Made by a program: the position numbers and the translations under genes. The notes below the pieces were generated by a model that did no database searches, was not told the origin of the DNA, and saw only the letters and a program-made list of their open reading frames with translations. From an uncultured Actinomycetota bacterium (GTDB lineage: Bacteria; Actinomycetota; Actinomycetes; Propionibacteriales; Nocardioidaceae): DNA of 64,000 nt. Below, piece after piece: positions 19,897-30,349 of this stretch. The stretch spans positions 178,293 to 242,292 of the forward strand of contig CAWAIW010000014.1 of the NCBI GenBank assembly GCA_963782035.1. Direction: 5' to 3'. Each line of letters opens with the position of its first letter. Position 1 is the stretch's first letter.

Positions 19897-20451
19897 TCAG
19901 CCCGTCGCCGGCCACTCGCGTCGCAGCAGCCCGTAGACCCACGAGTCGGACACGACGCCCTCCACCACGCAGTCCTCGCGCAACGTGCCCTCGAGCACGA
20001 ACCCGAGCTTCTCCAGCACCCGGCCGGACGCCAGGTTGCGGGTGTCGCTCTCGGCCTGCACCCGGTTGAGGTCGAGGGTGTCGAACGCCCACCGCAGCAG
20101 CGCCCGCGCCGCCTCGGTCGCATACCCGTGGCCCCACGCCGCCTCGCCGTAGCAGTAACCCAGCGACGCGCTGCGGAACTCCGGGTTCCAGCTCTGCACC
20201 GTGCACCAGCCGAGGAACGCCGCGTCCTCGATGCGTTCCACGGCGAGCCGCACCCCGGTGCCCTCCTCCGCCAGCTGCTGACACCGGCCGATGAAGACCT
20301 GCGCCCGCTCCCGGTCCCGCCACGGCGGCGAGTCCCAGTAGCGCAGCACGTGTGCATTGCTCTGCAGGGCGTAGAGGTCGGCCGCGTCGGCGGCCCCGAA
20401 CGGGCGCAGCCTCAGCCGTTCGGTCGTCAGCGTCGGGGTCGTCAGCGACAC
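19897..20451 (-). CDS. RimJ/RimL-family GNAT acetyltransferase
   Basis: TERLRLRP, WGHGYATEA, NLASGRVLEKLGF; RBS GAAGGAGG. Confidence 0.9.
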   Translation of the reverse strand: MSLTTPTLTTERLRLRPFGAADAADLYALQSNAHVLRYWDSPPWRDRERAQVFIGRCQQLAEEGTGVRLAVERIEDAAFLGWCTVQSWNPEFRSASLGYCYGEAAWGHGYATEAARALLRWAFDTLDLNRVQAESDTRNLASGRVLEKLGFVLEGTLREDCVVEGVVSDSWVYGLLRREWPATG

Positions 20452-20552
20452 GGCCGCTCCTCCTTCGGGGACGGTGGGCCGGTCCATCACACAAGCGGCG
20501 GGAGGTACGTGCAAGGCGATTCCGAGCTGGGTGGGTGCGCGAGGATGGTGAC

Positions 20553-21464
20553 GTGCAAATCATGGATGCTCTGCTGCGGGCGCAGGAGGCCGCGGCTCCC
20601 GAAGTGGGTCGGGGTCGACTGGCTGAGTACATCCCCAGCCTGGGGGCGGTGGATCCGCGCCAGTTCGGGATGGTGGTCGCCTCCTGCGACGGCCCGGTGC
20701 ACGTCATCGGTGACGCCGACGTGCGCTTCTCGGTGCAGAGCATCAGCAAGGTCTTCACGCTCGCGCTGGTCGTCGCCGCCGAGGGCGAGGGCATCTGGGA
20801 TCGGGTGTCCCGCGAACCATCGGGCAACCCGTTCAACTCCTTTCTCCAGCTGGACCAGGAGGCGGGGCGTCCTCGCAACCCGTTCATCAATGCCGGTGCA
20901 CTCGTCGTCACCGACCGGCTGCATTCGCTGACAGGCAACGCGCACGGCGCCCTTCGCGACCTGATGCGCCGAGAGAGCGGACGCACCGACGTGGACAGCG
21001 ACCCAGAGGTGGCCCGTTCAGAGCTCGAGGTCGCCCACCGCACCTTGGCACTCGCACACCTGCTCGCCAGCTACGGGAACCTGGAGTGTCCCGTCGACCA
21101 GGTGATCAACCAGTACGTCGCACAGTGCGCTCTCTCGATGACCTGCCGCGAGCTGGCGCTTGCCGGGCTGTTCCTCGCCCGCGACGGCGTTCTCTCGGAC
21201 GGAACGCGGTTGCTCAGTGCGCGGCAGACGAAGCGGATCAACGCCGTGATGCTCACCTGCGGTACCTACGACTCGGCCGGCGAGTTCGCCTATCGAGTTG
21301 GACTCCCAGCCAAGAGTGGGGTCGGTGGAGGCATCCTGGCCGTCATCCCCGACCGGGGTGTCGCCTGCGTCTGGAGTCCGGCACTGGGCCCCTCCGGCAG
21401 CTCGGCCGCCGGGCTGGCCGCGCTGGACGCCTTCACGACGTACTCCGACTGGACCGTGTTCTGA
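20553..21464 (+). CDS. glsA: Glutaminase
   Basis: YIPSL, SVQSISK, EPSGNPFN, NPFINAGA, PAKSGVGGG. Confidence 0.9.
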   Translation: MQIMDALLRAQEAAAPEVGRGRLAEYIPSLGAVDPRQFGMVVASCDGPVHVIGDADVRFSVQSISKVFTLALVVAAEGEGIWDRVSREPSGNPFNSFLQLDQEAGRPRNPFINAGALVVTDRLHSLTGNAHGALRDLMRRESGRTDVDSDPEVARSELEVAHRTLALAHLLASYGNLECPVDQVINQYVAQCALSMTCRELALAGLFLARDGVLSDGTRLLSARQTKRINAVMLTCGTYDSAGEFAYRVGLPAKSGVGGGILAVIPDRGVACVWSPALGPSGSSAAGLAALDAFTTYSDWTVF

Positions 21465-21529
21465 GCCTCGACCAAGGACGAAAACCGCACTACAACAGAC
21501 GCGGCCCACGGGATGTCTCGTCCGGCCGG

Positions 21530-22204
21530 CTACTCCGGAAGGTGGCGCCACTGGCCTTCCGACACCACCCGTACCTCGCCGTCGACGACAGCGATGGCCG
21601 TCTCGTCGTCGATGATGTACTTCTCTCCCGGGACGGTGGCGGCCCACTCCTCGGCCTCGGCCATCGTGTTGCCCTGACCGCCGTCGGGGACCAGGTGGGG
21701 GCAGATGGCGAAGTCGACGAGGCCCAGCGTGGTGTCGGTGCGGCCGGTCGGGGGCTCCCACTGGACGAAGTCGTAGCCGACTCGCGGGGCCATCACCATG
21801 CTGCCGGCGCTGAGCCCGACCCAGACCGTCTCGGCCAGGTCGGGCAGCAGGTCCGTCAGCCCGGACTGCTGCATCCAGTAGTGGAGGAAGATCACGTCGC
21901 CGCCGGCGATGAGCAGGGCGTCGGTCTCCTTGACCAGCGGCACCCAGGCGTCCTTGTCGATGCTGGGCAGCGCGGTCAGCTCGAGGAGGCCCATGGACTT
22001 CCAGGGAAGGTCGACCATCGGGTTCTCCGCCGTGCCGCTGGCGAACTGCCAGACCCTGCTGCCGGGGCCGACCCTCGGGTGGCCGTACAGCGCCGTGGGA
22101 ATGCAGAGGGCGGTGGACTCCTCGACCGGCTTGCCGAGCAGGTCGACGAGAGCCGCGCGGATGGTGGGGTTCTTCACTCCGCCGGCGGTGAGCAGCAGCT
22201 TCAT
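21530..22204 (-). CDS. Peptidase E (S51) family
   Basis: LLLTAGG, CIPTA, AGGD, GLSAGSMV, CPH. Confidence 0.85.
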   Translation of the reverse strand: MKLLLTAGGVKNPTIRAALVDLLGKPVEESTALCIPTALYGHPRVGPGSRVWQFASGTAENPMVDLPWKSMGLLELTALPSIDKDAWVPLVKETDALLIAGGDVIFLHYWMQQSGLTDLLPDLAETVWVGLSAGSMVMAPRVGYDFVQWEPPTGRTDTTLGLVDFAICPHLVPDGGQGNTMAEAEEWAATVPGEKYIIDDETAIAVVDGEVRVVSEGQWRHLPE

Positions 22205-22296
22205 GGTTCTCCTGAGATCGTGTCGCGGACAGCCTGTCATCTCCTCCACGAACGGTAGGGCACGGATCCGACAGCGCGTTCCAGCAGAATCGGGCC

Positions 22297-22843
22297 GTGA
22301 CGATCCCGACCCTCTTCCTCACCGTGGGACTGCCGGGCGCCGGGAAGACGACCCGCGCCCGGGCGCTCGCGGCCGAGCACCACATCCTGCGGCTGACCCC
22401 CGACGAGTGGATGGCACCCGCTCTTCGGGGAGAGCGACGCGGGCGGTCGTCGCGACATCCTCGAGGGCCGGATGATCTGGGTCGCTCACGAGGTGCTGGT
22501 CAGCGGGGCCTCGGTGATCCTGGACTTCGGCTGCTGGTCGCCCGAGGAGCGCTACGCGATCCGTGCGATGGCGGAGGCGGTGGGAGCGCAGTTCCGGATG
22601 GAGTACGTCGCCGTGGACGAGGACGTGCGTCGGGCACGGTGCCGGCAGCGTTGGCTGGAAGCGCCGGAGACCACCTTCGAGATGACCGACGACGACCAGG
22701 ACCGGTTCGTCGCGCTGTGTCGGCCGCCGTCGGTCGAGGAGCTGGCGGGAGGCGCGGTGCCGGAGCCGCCCGCCGGTCACGCGACGTGGGCGGCGTGGGC
22801 CAGCGATCGGTGGCCGACCCTGCCGCTGCTGGAGGGTACGTAG
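22297..22843 (+). CDS. P-loop kinase (AAA_33), frameshifted near 22420
   Basis: GLPGAGKTT, RLTPDEWM, then second frame VILDFGCWSPEER. Confidence 0.75.
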
Positions 22844-22848
22844 GTCAC

Positions 22849-22887
22849 GGGGTCTCGTGACAGGACTTCGTCCTTCCTCGACCAACG
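22849..22887 (+). repeat. Family A monomer, intergenic between convergent genes
   Basis: GGTCTCGTGAC-AGGAC-TTC-GTCCT-TCCTCGACCAACG. Confidence 0.9.
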
Positions 22888-22922
22888 ACCATCAGGACGT
22901 CGTCCTTCCTCGGCCAGCGGGC

Positions 22923-23291
22923 CTACTCCTCCTGGGCCTTCCGCTTCTTCTCGGCCTCGTAGGCCTGGCGCTGCTGCTCGGCCCGCTCGCGGACCCGGCG
23001 CAGGAAGGCGTCGTCCTCGGCCTCGTCCTGGGCCGCCATCCGGCCGGGCCGGTGGTACTCCGGGTAGCTGGGCGCCGCACCCTGCGAACGGGTCAGCGGC
23101 GGACCGGTCTCGGGGCGGCCGACGGCCAGCCACGCGATCGACCCGACCAGGGGGAACAGCAGGATGATGAACACCCAGGCGACCTTGGGAAGGTTGCGGA
23201 CCGAGCCCTCCGGCGTACCGATGCACTCGATCAGGCAGTAGACCGTCAGCGCCAGGCTGACCACCGAGAAGAGGAGCTCCACCTTGATCAT
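22923..23291 (-). CDS. PLDc_N-domain small membrane protein
   Basis: YCLIEC..VRNLPKVAWVFIILLFPLVGSIAW; charged tail. Confidence 0.8.
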   Translation of the reverse strand: MIKVELLFSVVSLALTVYCLIECIGTPEGSVRNLPKVAWVFIILLFPLVGSIAWLAVGRPETGPPLTRSQGAAPSYPEYHRPGRMAAQDEAEDDAFLRRVRERAEQQRQAYEAEKKRKAQEE

Positions 23292-23350
23292 GCGCGGAAC
23301 TATGCGGCACGCAGCGGCCTCTTGTCAGCGGGTTGACTAGGGTCTTCAGG

Positions 23351-24148
23351 GTGACTGACCCGGTGGACATCCCGACCGACACGATCACGCTGCCGGGAGG
23401 CGGCGCCATCCCGCTCGTCGGGTTCGGCACCTGGCAGCTCAAGGGCGACGAGTGCTACGCCGCCTGCCTGGCGGCGTTCGAGGCGGGGTACCGCCACCTC
23501 GACACCGCCACCGTCTACGGCAACGAGGCGGAGGTGGGCCGCGCCCTCGCCGACAGCGGGCTGCCGCGCGACGAGGTCTTCGTGACCACGAAGTACAACC
23601 CGCGCTCCGGCCGACCCGAGCTCGACGTCCTCGGCCGGAGCCTCGAGGCTCTCGGAGTCGCGTACGTCGACCTCTGGCTGGTGCACGCGCCGGTCGAGGA
23701 CCTTCGCAACCGGGCCGTGTGGGAGGGCTTCGTGCAGGCGCAGACGGCCGGCACCGCCCGCGACATCGGCGTCTCCAACTTCGCCGTCGAGCAGATCGAC
23801 CACGTCGCCTCCGCGACGGAGGTGACGCCGTCGGTGAACCAGATCGAGTGGCGCCCGCCGATGTACAACGACGCCGTCGTGGAAGGGCACCGGTCGCGGA
23901 ACGTGGTGCTCGAGGGGTACAGCGCCCTCAAGGGCGGGGTCCTCTCCGACGGGGTGATCACCGGGATCGCCGCCGAGGTCGGGCGGACGCCGGCGCAGGT
24001 CGTGATCCGCTGGCACGTCCAGCACGGCATCGTGGTCATCCCCCGCTCGTCGAAGACCGAGCGGATCCGGGCCAACGCCGACGTGGGCGGGTTCGAGCTC
24101 TCCGAGGAGCAGATGGCGACCCTGGACCGCATGGGCCGGCGCCGATAG
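23351..24148 (+). CDS. Aldo/keto reductase
   Basis: GFGTWQ, DTATVYGNE, GVSNF, NQIE, VIPRSS. Confidence 0.9.
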   Translation: MTDPVDIPTDTITLPGGGAIPLVGFGTWQLKGDECYAACLAAFEAGYRHLDTATVYGNEAEVGRALADSGLPRDEVFVTTKYNPRSGRPELDVLGRSLEALGVAYVDLWLVHAPVEDLRNRAVWEGFVQAQTAGTARDIGVSNFAVEQIDHVASATEVTPSVNQIEWRPPMYNDAVVEGHRSRNVVLEGYSALKGGVLSDGVITGIAAEVGRTPAQVVIRWHVQHGIVVIPRSSKTERIRANADVGGFELSEEQMATLDRMGRRR

Positions 24149-24152
24149 TCCG

Positions 24153-24719
24153 GTGGACCCGCTGGACCCGGTGGCCGCGGCGTTCGCGGCCCTGCCACGG
24201 GAAGGCTTCCTGCCGGAGGGCGAGAGGAGGCGGGCCGGGCACGACGGACCGCTGCCCATCGGCGAAGGCCAGACGAGCTCCCAGCCGCGGACGGTCGAGG
24301 CGATGCTGCGCCTGCTCGACGTACGCGCCGGCCAGCGGGTGCTGGACGTCGGCGCCGGGTCGGGCTGGACGACGGCCCTGCTCGCCCACCTCGTCGGTCC
24401 CGGAGGATCGGTCGTGGGTGTCGAGCTCGTGGAGTCGCTGGTGACCTTCGGCTCGGCGAACCTCGCCGCCACCGGCCAGCCCTGGGCGTCGATCCGGCGG
24501 GCGACGCCGGGCGTGCTCGGCGTGCCGGACCACGCGCCGTACGACCGGATCCTCGTCTCGGCCGAGCCGGCGACCCTGCCGGGTGAGCTGGTGGAGCAGC
24601 TGGCGGACCTGGGTCGCCTGGTGATCCCGGTACGCGGCACGATGACCCTCGTGACCAGGTCCGGAGACGACGTGTCCGAGAGCCACCACGGCTCCTACCG
24701 GTTCGTACCCCTGCGATGA
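24153..24719 (+). CDS. Protein-L-isoaspartate O-methyltransferase family
   Basis: LPIGEGQTSSQP, LDVGAGSGW, APYDRILVSA, FVPL. Confidence 0.85.
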   Translation: MDPLDPVAAAFAALPREGFLPEGERRRAGHDGPLPIGEGQTSSQPRTVEAMLRLLDVRAGQRVLDVGAGSGWTTALLAHLVGPGGSVVGVELVESLVTFGSANLAATGQPWASIRRATPGVLGVPDHAPYDRILVSAEPATLPGELVEQLADLGRLVIPVRGTMTLVTRSGDDVSESHHGSYRFVPLR

Positions 24720-25507
24720 GGCAGGTCGGTCGGTTCGCCGTCCATCCCGTCGTGGACGTGGCCGGGCCGCTGGACACCGCGAACCACGAGGCCTTCCCCG
24801 GGGCCACCGAGGCGGAGTGGGCGGCGGCGCGGGCGCTGGACCCCGCGGCGTTCGGTGTCGACGACGCGTGGGTGCTGCCGTTCCGGGCGTTCGTCGTGGT
24901 CGGTCCCGACGACGCGGTCACGGTCGTCGACCTCGGCGTCGGGACGGGCACCAGCCCGGCCGCCGTCTGGGCGCCGGGACCGGGCACCTTCCCCGAGGGC
25001 CTGGCCGAGCTCGGGATCACGCCCGCCGACGTCGGCACCGTCGTGCTGACCCACCTGCACGAGGACCACGTGGGCTGGGTGCTCGGCCGGGCGGGGCTCC
25101 CGTTGTTCGCGAACGCCGAGCACATCGTCCAGGCCACCGAGGTGCGCGCGGTCGCGGACGAGCGCGAGATCGTGGAGGCGACCGTCGACCCGTTGCGGGC
25201 CGCCGGACTCCTGCGTGAGGTCGACGGGGTCACGCGGATCGCGGACGGCATCGACCTCGAGCCCACGCCCGGCCACACCCCTGGTCACCAGTCGGTCTGG
25301 CTGTCGTCGGGCGACGACGTCCTGCTGCTGACCGGCGACGTGCTCGTGCACGTCGTCCAGCTGGTCGCGCCGTCGGTCGCCTACGTCGGCGAGGACGACC
25401 CGGTCGTCGCGCGGGCCACCCGGGAGCGGGTCCTCGCCGAGGCCGAGCGGCGCGGTGCCGACCTCGCGACGGCGCACCTCACGGAGGCGTTCTTCCCCCT
25501 CTCCTGA
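24716..25507 (+). CDS. MBL-fold metallo-hydrolase
   Basis: THLHEDHVG, PGHTPGH, TGD. Confidence 0.85.
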   Translation: MRQVGRFAVHPVVDVAGPLDTANHEAFPGATEAEWAAARALDPAAFGVDDAWVLPFRAFVVVGPDDAVTVVDLGVGTGTSPAAVWAPGPGTFPEGLAELGITPADVGTVVLTHLHEDHVGWVLGRAGLPLFANAEHIVQATEVRAVADEREIVEATVDPLRAAGLLREVDGVTRIADGIDLEPTPGHTPGHQSVWLSSGDDVLLLTGDVLVHVVQLVAPSVAYVGEDDPVVARATRERVLAEAERRGADLATAHLTEAFFPLS

Positions 25508-25515
25508 TCTGCCAG

Positions 25516-25556
25516 CCGGGTCTCGTGACGGGACTTCGTCCCTCCTGGACCAACGG
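25516..25556 (+). repeat. Family A monomer, intergenic between convergent genes
   Basis: GGTCTCGTGAC-GGGAC-TTC-GTCCC-TCCTGGACCAACG. Confidence 0.85.
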
Positions 25557-25561
25557 GCTGG

Positions 25562-26735
25562 CTAGTAGGACTTCGGCAGGCCGAGGGAGTGCATGGCCAC
25601 GAAGTTGAGGATCATCTCCCGGCTGACCGGCGCGATGCGGCCGGCGCGGGTGGCGACGAGGAGGCCGGCCATGCCGTACTCCTGGGTGATCCCGTTGCCG
25701 CCGTGGGTCTGCACGGCACGGTCGGCGGCGTCGCAGGCGGCCTCGGCCGCGGCGTACTTGGCCATGTTGGCCGCCTCCCCCGCACCCATGTCGTCCCCGG
25801 CGTCGTAGAGCGCGGCGGCCTTCTGGGTCATCAGCCGCGCGAGCTCGGTCTCGATCTTGGACATCGCCAGCGGGTGCGCGATGGCCTGGTGCGAGCCGAT
25901 GGGGCCCTGGAACACGGTGCGCTCCTTGGCGTACGCCGTCGCCTTGTCGATCGCGAACCGGGCCAGGCCCGTGGAGAAGGACGCCGCCATGATCCGCTCG
26001 GGGTTGAGGCCGGCGAAGAGCTGCACGAGTCCCGCGTCCTCGTCACCGACGAGTGCGTCGGCCGGCAGCCGGACGTCGTCGATGAACACCTGGAACTGCT
26101 TCTCCGGACTGACGATCTCCATCGGGATCGGCCTGGCCTCGAAGCCGTCGGCGTCCGTCGGCACCACGAACAGGCAGGGCTTGAGCTTGCCGGTCTTGTC
26201 GCATCCTCCGTGCGGGCGACGACCAGCACGTTGTCGGCCTCGTCGACGCCGGAGATGTAGATCTTGCGGCCGGTCAGCAGCCACTCGTCGCCGTCCCCCA
26301 AGCTGATTTCCGGGCCGTGGTGGTGATGTTGTGCGAGTTGGTGCCGGCGTCCGGCTCGGTGATCGCGAAGGCCATGGTGCCGGTGCCGTCGGCGATGCCG
26401 GGCAGCCAGCGCTGCTTCTGCTCGTCGGTGCCGTACCTGGCGATCACCGTCCCGCAGATCGCCGGGCTGACCACCATCATCAGCAGCGGGCAGCCCTGCG
26501 CGGCGAGCTCCTCGCAGACCGCCGCGATGTCACCGATGCCGCCGCCTCCGCCGCCGTACTCCTCGGGCAGGTTGATCCCGAGGTAGCCGTTCTTCCCGAT
26601 CTCCAGCCACAGGTCGGTCGTCTTGCCGCCGCTGCGGGCCTTCTCGGTGAAGTACTCCCTCCCGTACTTCGACGCCAGCCGCGCCACCTGCTTGCGCAGC
26701 TCCTGGCGCTCCTCGGACTCGGTGAAGCTCGTCAT
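25562..26735 (-). CDS. Acyl-CoA dehydrogenase (frameshifts ~26200-26300)
   Basis: PEEYGG, FAITEPDAGTN, GRKIYISG, QTHGGNG across three frames. Confidence 0.85.
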
Positions 26736-28634
26736 TCCTTCTCCTCCCCTGTCTGTGCCACGACAGCCAGGACCTCTCCCGCTGCGACTTGTTGACCGAT
26801 GTGTACGTCGACCGTGGTGACCACGCCGTCGTACGGCGCGGCCACCGTGTGCTGCATCTTCATCGCCTCGAGCACCAGCACGGCCTGGCCGGCGGTGACG
26901 TCCGCGCCGTTCTCGACCAGCACGCTGACCACCGTGCCGGGCATCGGCGCCAGCAGGCTGCCGCTCGCCACCGCGTCGGCCGGGTCGGTGAACCGCGGCG
27001 TGCGCGTCAGCCGGGCGTGACCCGTCGGCCCGTCCACGTCCACCTCATCGCCACGGATGGCGACGTCGTACGTCGTGCGGATGGAGTCGGACTCCAGAGT
27101 CACGCTCCAGTGAGTTGCCGCGACGACCGCGATGCCGTCGACGACATATCCGTCACGTCCTCGCCACCACTCGACGACGGCGCCGTCCTCGAACTCGGTG
27201 CGCTGCGGCTGGCTCGGCACGTTGCGCCAGCCGACGGGGACTCCTTGCTGGACGGTGCGACTGGCTCCTGCGTGCTCGGCCAGGGCGAGGGCCGCAGCCA
27301 CGGCCAGGGGTCTCGTGACAGGACTTCGTCCTTCCTCGACCAACGAGTGGTTGAGGAAGTCCGTCGAGACGTCACCGGCGAGGAACGCCTCGGACCGCAG
27401 GACCTGCACCAGCAGGTCACGGTTGGTGGTGACGCCGTGGATGCGAGACCGGGCGAGGGTGTCGGCGAGCTTGCGGGCGGCCGTCTCACGAGTGGGGGCG
27501 TGGCAGATCACCTTGGCGAGCATCGCGTCGTAGAAGGTGGACACGGTCGAGCCGGACTCGTACCCCGCGTCCACCCGGATCCCTTCCCCTGCTGGGATCT
27601 CGAAGCGGGTCAGCATCCCGGACTGCGGCTGGTAGTCGGCGGCAGGGTCCTCGGCGTACAGCCGGACCTCGATCGCGTGCCCTCCCGGTGGTTGAGGAGG
27701 GCCGTCAAGGCCCGTCTCGAAACCCCCCAGCTGCATCGCGACCAGGTCGATGCCCCACACCAGCTCGGTGACCGGGTGCTCGACCTGGAGGCGCGTGTTC
27801 ATCTCCAGGAACCAGAAGCGGTCCGCGTCCGGGGCGTAGAGGAACTCGACGGTGCCGGCACCCCGGTAGGAGATCGCCTCGACCGCTCGCCTCGCCGCGT
27901 CGTGCATGGCGACGCGCGTCGGCTCGGGGAGCCCCGGGGCCGGGCTCTCCTCGACGACCTTCTGGTGACGACGCTGGAGCGAGCAGTCCCGCTCCCCGAG
28001 GACCAGCACACCGTCGGGGGTCCCGAAGACCTGGACCTCGACGTGGCGGCCGCGCTCGACGTACGGCTCGACGAACACGGTGCCGTCCCCGAACGCGGAC
28101 GCCGCCTCGGCCGATGCGGCGGAGACCTCGCGCGGGAGGTCCTCGAGACGGCGAACGACGCGCATCCCGCGCCCGCCGCCGCCGTACGACGCCTTCACCA
28201 GCAGCGGCAGGTCGGACGCGGTGGGCGAGTCGGGCGCTTCGAGGACGGGGACGCCGGCGTCGCGCATGATCCGCTTCGCCTCGATCTTGGAGCCCATCGC
28301 CTCGATCGACTCCGGCGTCGGGCCGATCCAGGTGAGCCCTGCCGCCTCGACGGCACGGGCGAACTCGGCGTCCTCGGAGAGGAAGCCGTACCCCGGGTGC
28401 ACGGCGTCAGCACCCGCCTTCAGCGCGGCCTCGACGAGCAGGTCGGTCCGGAGGTAGGTGTCGGCGGGCGTGTGGCCCGGCAGGCGTACGGCGGCGTCGG
28501 CCTCCCGGACGTACGGCAGACCCGCGTCGGCGTCGGAGTGCACGGCGACGGTCTCGATGCCGAGGCGCCGGCAGGTACGGAAGACACGCGAGGCGATCTC
28601 CGCCCGGTTGGCGACCACGAGGCAGACGCCTCAT
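26732..28634 (-). CDS. Acyl-CoA carboxylase alpha subunit (biotin carboxylase + BCCP)
   Basis: VANRAEIA, HPGYGFLSE, GGGGRGM, EMNTRLQVEH, EAMKM; start approximate. Confidence 0.9.
27307..27345 (+). repeat. Family A monomer, in frame in biotin carboxylase
   Basis: Core identical to 22849 copy; reads LVEEGRSPVTRP. Confidence 0.9.
27685..27725 (-). repeat. Family A monomer, in frame in biotin carboxylase
   Basis: GGTTTCGAGAC-GGGCC-TTGAC-GGCCC-TCCTCAACCACCGG; reads GFETGLDGPPQPP. Confidence 0.85.
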
Positions 28635-30349
28635 GTTCGGAACACCCCGTACCCCTCGGCCCCGCGGATCGGCGCGTTCTCGATGACCGACAGGCAGATC
28701 GCCAGGACCGTCCGGGTGTCGCGGGGGTCGATGACGCCGTCGTCGTAGAGCATCCCGCTGAGGAAGAACGGCAACGATTGCTCCTCGACGACTTGCTCGA
28801 CGAACGCGCGCATGCCCGCGTCGCCCTCCTCGTCGTACACCTGGCCGCGGGCCTCTGCGGCCGCGCGCGCCACGATCGAGAGCACACCGGCCAGCTGCGC
28901 CGGGCCCATCACCGCGGACTTCGCCGACGGCCAGGTGAACAGGAAGCGCGGGTCGTACGCGCGGCCGTTCATGCCGTAGTTCCCCGCGCCGTACGACGCT
29001 CCCAGGATCACGCTGAGGTGCGGGACCTTGGAGTTGCTGACCGCGTTGATCATCTGGGCGCCGTGCTTGATGATGCCGCCCTGCTCGTACTCGGCCCCGA
29101 CCATGTAGCCGGTCGTGTTGTGCAGGAACAGCAGCGGTACGTCGACCTGGTTGGCCAGCTGGATGAACTGGGTCGCCTTCTGCGCCTCCTCGCTGAACAG
29201 CACGCCCTGCGCGTTGGCGAGGATCCCGATCGGCCGGCCGTGCAGCCGGGCCCAGCCGGTGACGAGGGAGGTGCCGTACAGCGGCTTGAACTCGTCGAAG
29301 GACCGGCCGTTGCCCGGTCCGGTGCCGTCACAGATGCGGACGATGACCTCGCGCGGGTCGAAGGGTTCCTTGAGGTCGGCGGGGATCAGGTCGAGGAGGC
29401 CATCGGGGTCGAGGTCGGGTTCGGCGAAGCCACCGCTGGTCGAGGAGGGACGAAGTCCCGTCACGAGACCCGGCGACCGGACCGCAGACCTCTCACCGGG
29501 TCTCGTGACAGGCGCTAGCGCGCCTTCCTCGACCAACGGCTGCGCCTTGCGCCAGTTCAACCGGGCCACGATCCGGCGGCCGATGCGGATCGCGTCGCGC
29601 TCGTCCTGGGCGAGGTAGTCGGCGAGCCCGGAGACGCGAGCGTGCATCTCGGCACCGCCGAGCGACTCGTCGTCGGACTCCTCGCCGGTGGCCATCTTCA
29701 CCAGAGGTGGACCGCCGAGGAACACCTTGGCCCGCTCCTTGACCATCACGGTGTAGTCGCTCATGCCCGGCACGTACGCGCCACCGGCCGTCGAGTTGCC
29801 GAACACCAGGGCGATCGTCGGCTGCCGGCGCGCGGACGCGCGGGTCAGGTCGCGGAAGAGCTTGCCGCCGGGGATGAAGATCTCCTTCTGCGTCGGGAGG
29901 TCCGCGCCGCCGGACTCCACGAGCGAGATCGTCGGCAGGTGGTTCTCCTCGGCGATCTGCGCGGCGCGGAAGGCCTTCTTCACCGTCCAGGGGTTGCTCG
30001 CACCGCCCTTGACCGTCGGGTCGTTCGCGGTGATCAGGCACTCGACGCCCTCGACCACCCCGATGCCCGTCACCAGGGAGGCACCGACGTGGAAGTCCGA
30101 GCCCCAACCGGCCAGTGGCGAGAGCTCGAGGAACGCCGACCCCTCGTCGACCAGCAGCTCGATCCGCTCGCGGGGGAGCAGCTTGCCGCGGGCGTGGTGC
30201 CGCTCGACGTACTTCTCACCACCCCCGGCCACGGCCTTCGCAACCTCGGCCTCGAGGTCGGCGAGCTTCTCGAGCATCGACTCGCGGTTCCCGTTGGTTG
30301 AGGAGGGCGCGCTAGCGCCCGTCTCGAAACCCGGTGAGTGAACGGTCAT
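28631..30349 (-). CDS. Acyl-CoA carboxylase carboxyltransferase subunit
   Basis: RGKLLPRERI, ANDPTVKGG, VESGGADL, TAGGAY, SYGAGNYGM; ATGA overlap. Confidence 0.9.
   Translation of the reverse strand: MTVHSPGFETGASAPSSTNGNRESMLEKLADLEAEVAKAVAGGGEKYVERHHARGKLLPRERIELLVDEGSAFLELSPLAGWGSDFHVGASLVTGIGVVEGVECLITANDPTVKGGASNPWTVKKAFRAAQIAEENHLPTISLVESGGADLPTQKEIFIPGGKLFRDLTRASARRQPTIALVFGNSTAGGAYVPGMSDYTVMVKERAKVFLGGPPLVKMATGEESDDESLGGAEMHARVSGLADYLAQDERDAIRIGRRIVARLNWRKAQPLVEEGALAPVTRPGERSAVRSPGLVTGLRPSSTSGGFAEPDLDPDGLLDLIPADLKEPFDPREVIVRICDGTGPGNGRSFDEFKPLYGTSLVTGWARLHGRPIGILANAQGVLFSEEAQKATQFIQLANQVDVPLLFLHNTTGYMVGAEYEQGGIIKHGAQMINAVSNSKVPHLSVILGASYGAGNYGMNGRAYDPRFLFTWPSAKSAVMGPAQLAGVLSIVARAAAEARGQVYDEEGDAGMRAFVEQVVEEQSLPFFLSGMLYDDGVIDPRDTRTVLAICLSVIENAPIRGAEGYGVFRT
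29433..29539. repeat. Family A inverted dimer, in frame in carboxyltransferase
   Basis: Reads PLVEEGALAPVTRPGERSAVRSPGLVTGLRPSSTSG. Confidence 0.9.
30291..30338 (-). repeat. Family A monomer, in frame at carboxyltransferase N terminus
   Basis: Reads SPGFETGASAPSSTNG just after the start codon. Confidence 0.85.
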
